DNA of 64,000 bases from Octopus sinensis (Eukaryota): positions 744,001-808,000 of the forward strand of contig NC_043013.1 in the NCBI RefSeq assembly GCF_006345805.1. The letters run 5' to 3'. The notes under the pieces are model-generated. The model was not told the DNA's origin. It was given only the letters and a program-made list of their open reading frames with translations, and ran no database searches. Numbering within the stretch: position 1 is the stretch's first letter; each line of letters begins with the position of its first letter. The translations under genes were made by a program, and so were the position numbers. This document shows, piece by piece, positions 52,001-60,200 of this stretch.

Positions 52001-55000
52001 GTTGCCCACCCAAAATGGCAAGTGGTCCTACAGCAAGGCATTTTGGACAAATGTCTTCTACTAGCCCTAAGCTGACCAAAGCCTTGTGAGTGGATTTGAA
52101 ACTGAAAAGAGACCACTGTGTGGGCATGTGTCACCCTTGTCATTGCATGATAGTTGTGAGTGAGTGACACTGTCACATAAATGGCATCATTTGTTCCCAA
52201 TCTTCCATGAAAACATTTCCAGCCAAGGTGAAATATTACCTTACTTGGAAATGGATGAGGGTTGGCAACAGGAAGAGCATCCAGCCATAGAAAATCTGCT
52301 TCAACAAATTCCATTCAATCCATGCAAGCATGGAAAAGTGGACATTAAACGATGATGATGGTACAATCACCACATTGAAGTTGACCACATTAAATTCTCA
52401 ACTCAAATCAATGGCACCACAAAATGCCCACAAGAGCTCCCTGCTATATTATTTATTCCCATTTTGCTGTTTTTATTTATAAATTCAAAGCAGAAATGGA
52501 GTTTCTGATATTCAATCAAGTTTTGAATACATTAAAATTCTTCCAATTACCTTTATAACCATGTCCTGTATACTTCAGTACCAGAACTGGTTCCAATGTA
52601 AAACATTGTTCCTCATTTCACCCATTTAAAATTTTTTTTTATTTATTTAATACATTCATCTTGTGTTCTTAATGTAATCAATTCTATATTTCAAACTTAT
52701 TTCTATTCTATGCGTTTACTAATTCTCCTCCATTCTCCGTCTGCAACTGTGATTGCTCATGAAACCCACAGCCTTTTATCAGCTGGAATCAGTAAAAATG
52801 GAATTTCTCTAAGGATATTTATTCAAGATGTTTGGCATCTAAAATGGAACTTATTCACCATATTTCAGAAAAACCTGAATTTTGAAAGGTAACCCCTCTA
52901 ACAGCAGTAATGTGATACAAATACTTCACCTATTTTTTTCCTTCAGTAGTTGGAGGTCTGAATTACCTGTCCTGTGGAAAGTTAGAAAACTAATGTTTCT
53001 TTTGAGAAACTTACTCGCTTTTAAGTGCTTAGATCAGACTAGAGAATTATGTAGAGTTCCTAACTTGACATACAGCCAGTTGCCAAAAATACTCCTACCT
53101 GTGTCAGTGAGTACCAGTGGAAAATGTTTTCTAGAAAAAAAACTGAAAAATAATTACGATGTTGGTAAAGGTAATGTTTTATAAGAATATCTAATGAGAC
53201 AATGGTTAATAACATCTTCTAATTCACACCAGCTTAAACCCAACCCTGCCCACCACCACCATATACAAATGGATTTTGAGTCACTCACCTAAATTTCCTA
53301 CATGTCTCTCAGTTCTCTCCCAGACCCAGCCAATCTATATAAATTTTGTTGTGTATAGAGAGATTCATTACACAAATTTACATAAAGAATCTTGCAAACC
53401 AAATACAAACATGAAGAATCTATCATCATCATCATCATCATCATCGTTTAGTGTCCGCTTTCCATGCTAGCATGGGTTGGACGGTTCAGCAGGGGTCTGG
53501 GAAGCCAGGAGGCTGCACCAGGCCCAGTCGGCAATGTTTCTACATCAAAGTTGAGTAGTTTTCAAAATTAAAATTATTAGAAAATAAATTTACTTCCTCA
53601 TTTTTTTTCACAGATTCTTTCTGTTTTCTATGTTTTTTCTCCGTTTCTCTCTGAAATGAAAACAGTGAAAATATTTAAACAACATTTGTAGGCTGAAGAA
53701 TATAGTTTGGGAGAAATTGCAAACAGCTATTGATAAAACTTCAAAATTCAAAATTTCTGTTATTGGCAGGAGACTTTAATGTTAAGGTTGGTGAAGATAA
53801 TGAAAACCTAGAATGTTATGGATGAGTGAAAATGGAGATTCAATGAAGCAAAATGACGAAAGCCTTGTGGAGCTTTGTATGATCCTAAATATTAATAGAA
53901 GGAATTTTAACACACCCACACTCACCACCACTGAATCTTTGAATCCACCTGGAATTTTCCAAGTAGATGCAGAATAACAAGGGAAACTTTCTCTACATAA
54001 ACCAAAACTTTTGGATATCATTATTAGATTTAAGAGATTACAGAGGACGATAATCTGCCTTGTGGTAGAATGAAATGCCACAGCAGAAGAAAAATTAATA
54101 ACCAAACAGAGAAAACAAATTTCTAAAGAAAGAAAAAAAATAAGTAAAATTCAGAATTTGAAAAACAAAAAAGAATATTTAAAAACTAAAGGAATTGTCA
54201 AAGAAGGGATTTTGTCCAGAAATGCAATGGAGGAGCAAATTTAGAGAAGAGCAAGAAAACCATTAACATTATTGGATATGAATAATCGGATTATAACATG
54301 TGGGTCTTGCTTCGTTTTGCAAAGCTGCTCCATGTGATTGAAGAAGAGAAAGTAAAGAAACAAGTGAAGGATGAAGAAACGGACAAGACAGCATCTGGGA
54401 ATAACGAGGCAAAAGAAGGCAAAATACAAAACGGAATCGATTGTTTATCCCACTGAAACAAGGAATATTTAAATTGAGATATTCTGTGAAGCTGTGGTCT
54501 TCAACCTGTTTGTTTTTTTGCATCATAGACTCAGGAATCACACACATGACAAAACAAAGTGCATAAATATATAAATATTAATTATTACATACATGTGATA
54601 CATGTGTATATTACATAATACATGTGTATATTTCATAATACACGTGTATATTACATAATACACGTGTATATTACATAATACACGTGTATATTACATAATA
54701 CACGTGTATATTACATAATACACGTGTATATTACATAATACATGTGTATATCACATAATACACGTGTATATTACATAATACATGTGTATATTACATAATA
54801 CATGTGTATATTGCATAATACATGTGTATATTACATAATACATGTGTATATTACATAATACATGTGTATATTACATAATACATGTGTATATTACATAATA
54901 CATGTGTATATTACATAATGTATGTGTGTATTACATAATACACGTGTATATCACATAATGCACGTGTATATTACATAATACATGTGCATATTACATAATA

Positions 55001-57198
55001 CACGTGTATATTACATAATACATGTGCATATTACATAATGCCTGTGTTATTACATAATACATGTGTATATTACATAATACATGTGTATATTACATAATAC
55101 ATGTGTATATTACATAATACATGTGTATATTACATAATACATGTGTATATTACATAATACATGTGTATATTACATAATGCGTGTGTATATTACATAATAC
55201 ATGTGTATATTACATAATACATGTGTATATTACATAATGCGTGTGTATATTACATAATACATGTATATATTACATAATACACGTGTATATTACATAATAC
55301 ATGTGTATATTACATAATACATGTGTAATGCAAAGATACCCTACAGATGGTGATAGTCAATAAAAGAGAAATACAATTTGTTCTTTTTGTGCAGCCAGGT
55401 ACCAAATAATCCATGGTCTGCAGCTAAGTGGTGGGGACTGTTGCTTGGAGGAACTAAAAAGGAAAATGATTAAAATTGATGGAAGATAAATGAAATATGA
55501 AATGAGCAGCCGACCAGGATATAGAGAGATTTTGGTCAATTCAAACTGAAATCTTCTTCAAAATTTTGGGCAATGGAAAATGATCAAGTTAAATATGGAG
55601 ATGAATTAGTCAAAATGAAATTAGCAAACAAAGCAATCAATTAACCAAATAGAAAATAAATTTTAGCATTTCACTTGTGGCACTCACTTCCATTTATGAA
55701 TGCTAGGACCGTCCATCATACAGAAATGCTGTTTAACAATAGAATATGGAAAAGAGAAATGGCACCAAATAGCAAAGAAAGGCAATTCTAGAGATAACTG
55801 TATCTAGAGATGAGTAACACTTCTTTTTGCAGTGGCATCAGTATTTTGCAAGATTACATTTAACAGAGTAGTGTTTCCTACCAATCTGTTATTTATAGAG
55901 AGGACATTTCTACCATTGGTCCACAACATTCTTTCACAAAGCATATGCCAGCCATTGACATGTTCAGTCTAACATGTCTCTCTCTTCTGCAATACATATG
56001 GTAATGCTTTTACAACCCAATTGCTTTCTAAATGATGTTGTCTTCAAATGTCAACTGTTCATTTGCACATTCTGAAGATTGAACTCCATTCTTTGGACAA
56101 AATATTACATCATTTCAACCTCTTCAAATGTTGGTAGAAATGAATACAAAAACAGTAATAGATTAAATTTAATACCACCTTCATTATAACTTACCGATTC
56201 TATTATATCATGACTTTTTGACTTTTTCTCATGCTTCTGTTTCCTTGATTCCTGCCAACAAGTAAATAATTGGAATTATTAAACCAAACCTATTCTATTA
56301 TATTAGACAGTCCGTCATACTTCAAAAGCATCCACATAACTATGGAAACCTTAAAGAAAATAATGAACTCTGAACAACTGTGTCTGTAAGAAATTCTACT
56401 CACAAGCTAAATTAATCGTTAAAACTGTTAAGGTAATTAATAACAAGATTTAAGAATTTTACTTAATCTAGTTTGTAAAATATTTATGATGGGGAATAGT
56501 ATTTCTCTGGAAGGGAGCAATTAATCAAACTAAGAGATGTATCCTTAAAAAAAACTGATGACCAATTTCTGCCAGGATTTCATTGAAGTCCCCAAGAATG
56601 TTATAAATCATGATTATCTGCTCCTTGCCAGTTATTAAGAATCTATTTACCTCAATAACAATCCACACCAGAAATTTAAATAACTATAACACAACAACTG
56701 TTTGAAGAGCTGAAGTGGAAACCTAATTTTAAGGATACAGTTTTGGCAATGTTACATATGTAGAATTTGCCTGGTATCAGTAGCAACTTCCATCTTCCCA
56801 GGATCACCATATAATAAATATCAATGGAAGTCAAGCTGAAACTGATGAAATTTAAACTTACAAGATGAACGGATACAACCAAATACTGCAACAGACTCTG
56901 CCATTCCTTGCAGTTTTGAAGGAGACTTGGCACTACTTTAGCATGTGATCTATCACAATAGCCATAGGTTGTACTATGAAATGACCTGCTCTGGGTCAGA
57001 GTAAGTGTGTAGGGTTAAGGTTAAACAACATGCCGAAGTGGCACTGAAGACTGTGTATGGTTACTTAACCAGAGAAAAAAAACTCAAAATGTACTGAAGT
57101 CGAACCTTAAAAATCTTAAAAAGAATACATTAGGTATTGTAATTCTAGATACACTAAATCTGGTAAAAATATAAAAGGAATGGTTATGGATTGGTCCA

Positions 57199-57232
<34 letters not shown>

Positions 57233-60200
57233 TACACAAGCATAACTCCAAATCAATTAACAAAATAATACAGAGAATAATTAATAATATCAATTATGGG
57301 TTGGAATGATTACCTTTGCATAACTGCTGCTCTCTTCCTGATGCAGTAATCGGACATCATCATCCTATTAAGTACCAATTAATCCAAAATTAAGGTCTCT
57401 TTAAAGGTATGTCCATGCATGCATCCATCCATCCATACATACATAATGAAATGTATGATAATGAACAACCATGTTCTAAACGCTTTACATGAAAGCAAAG
57501 TTTAAAAACTTTTCAATTTAAGAAACAAATTGAGGGTGATGGGGAAGCATAAAAATAAAGAAAAAAATCATAAATTGTTTGTTAAAGAAGTGGTGAATGT
57601 CATAGAGTAGAAATATTTTTTTGGTTGTCTGATGAAAATGTGACAAATTTTAATTCACCGTTAGAACCATTTTGGCATTATTTACAAGTCAATGACAAAC
57701 TTCAGTTCTCTTGCTAAGCCTGCTATAATTAGCAGTCAAAATCTCTCAAATTACACCCTGTCTTTAAAAAAATCAGAAAGACACATTGGATGAGATAGTT
57801 CTAGATATCCCTAAAAAGACAAGATAGTCATGGCTAGAATTCCTTTGATCATAGATTGGTTTTTATCAGCAGCAACAATTAATCAAGACAAAATCATTTG
57901 TTCATTAACACAATTGTATTAATTATCATGCAAATTAATTAAACTTAGGTTTCCTAATTCTTGAGATACATAAGGAAGTAAGTTTCCTCTGGTGTGGTTG
58001 ATCTGCTGCAGTTCTCTCTATTCCTGTCCGGTCCTTGTGCATTTGAGGTCTTCCTGGAATGCCCAGTGACAGATGTTCTTGGGCTGGCCCTTTTAACATT
58101 TTCCTTCTTCTGGTGTCCCCATCATTACAATCTTATCATGTCAAGTTGCTGGCAGGTGCAAAATATGATTTGCCAGGTGAAACCAACACAATGCCAAGAT
58201 GTCTTGCAGTACTTTACAGAAAAATTTGCTCATTTGTAATTCTGTCAGGTGACTTTGAGGACTTTTCTTAGACATTGTTAGTAAAACATGTCTAACTTCT
58301 TGGTCATGTTTGTTGCACTGCAACTTTAAATGGTCATATTTTCCCCTGACATTAAGCAGGCAATCACATGCTTGTCTAATGCAAGTTATAAGTCAGTTTC
58401 TTCATGAAATAATGACTTGTAGTTTTAACTCATAAAGCACTGGGATTTGAACTTACATAGCATGGAGTGCTGAGCACATTTTCTGAAAAGGAGACGACCA
58501 TGCACACATCAAAAACAAAAAATAGTTAAAAGATCTTGTTAGTATATAATGGTGGCAAGTTTTACATCATCTGAAGAGTCATTAGTTGAACTATTAGTCC
58601 TCTTGCATTCTGTGGGGTATCAGAGTGTTTGATTGACATTAAACCCCCAACAAAAGCCCATAAATTAAATGTATCTATCTGGGCCACAATCGTGGTCTGT
58701 TGACCTCTGCCTGGTGGTCATGATTGCAGCCTGTTGCGCTTTATGTGTTAAATTTTAGGCTAAGGCCTACATTTCTGTCTCATAAGATTTCATAGATAAA
58801 CCTTCTTTTTTCTGTTTATTATATACAGTTTTTCAACTAATCAAGGCAACTTTCTCTCTTTTATTGTCTCAAGGAACCAAAACTTTCTCCATGAAATTCA
58901 TTAATTTAAAAAGCAAAATCTCCCCCTTGGACTTTGAGTGTCATCACGACCAACGTGAATTATAGTTTCTGTCATTCAGCACTCTGTTGCTCCAGTTCAC
59001 TCAGGTGTGGAAATGAGTTGCAATGTTATTGGAGCCAAGCTGTAGCTACCTTTGCCTTTCTCTTGAATAATATCGATGGCATGGAAAGGGGTGGCTGATA
59101 TGCATGAGTGACTGCTGGTCTTCCATAAACAGACTTGTACCTTAGAGGGAAACCTTTGAGGTACAATCCATGACCAAAGGAGATCTTTACCCTTTACCCG
59201 GTTCAGTACTCTATTTCTGTGACTCAACTGGGGCAGCATTTACTTCTAGTTAAGAATTAGGTTAGTTTACAATTCTATATTTAAGAGATGAGGAATTATG
59301 TACATTATTTACATTTGACGGATATTTGTCCTCATCTTGTTTGTTGTAAACACAACATTTTGGCTGATATACCCTCCAGCCTTCATTGGGTGTCTTGGGG
59401 AAATTTCGAACCTGGGTTCTCATTCCTTAGGTATTTTTTGATGTTATTATTATTATTATTATTGAAAAATATATATAGAAACTATATATCTTAAATGGCA
59501 GTGGATCCAACTACAAAATTATATGCTCCTCCAACATTTCTCTGAATATATAAAACTCTTAATAATTTACTTACCTTATAATTGTAACTTTTTAACTTTT
59601 TAGCCTCTTTTTTTGCTTGTCTTTCTTGTTTCAGCCGCAGTTTCTCCTCTTCTTCCTGAGTGCAGAGAAAATACGTTAAGAATCACTGAATCCAAAACAA
59701 AAGTTTGTCACTAACACAAATATGAAGATCTCCTCAGCTTGAAGATACAATGATGCTTGGATAATTATTTTGTGGTCATCAACTTCAAAGCATTATGTAA
59801 CTGAGCTGTGTCGGTCACAAGCATTATCTATATTTAAATAAATATCCTTCTTTATCGCAACTGGCATTTGACAAAACTGAGGCAAGAGCCACATTTAAGT
59901 CTTGTTCCAACAAGCTGCAATAAAGACATTCCAGACTACATCCAGAAAAGGACCAACTGGTTGATTGGTATAAAGTTGCTCCAGCCCTTAGCTAACAAGT
60001 ACACTGTCTGTTCATCAGATATGACTGGACCTAAGACATCCCCATTCAAGGATTCCTACGTTGTTCATCTTTCTTCTTCTCATTGGTCATGTATCCAATT
60101 TCCAGACCTTGCACTATCTACAACATCCAGTCCTTCTTTATATGAATGCCATCCCACTGGAACCTCCTCTTTGGTTGTATCTTTCTCACAAGTGTTGACT

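Noticed and set aside
52710-52892. Plus-strand exon/ORF (GISKNGISLRIFIQDVWHLKW)
   Set aside because: No homology recognised and no partner exons; cannot be supported.
54320-54455. Plus-strand last exon LLHVIEEEKVKKQVKDEE...CLSH*
   Set aside because: It directly follows a GDFN-type endonuclease remnant and resembles the LINE linker; no upstream exons found.
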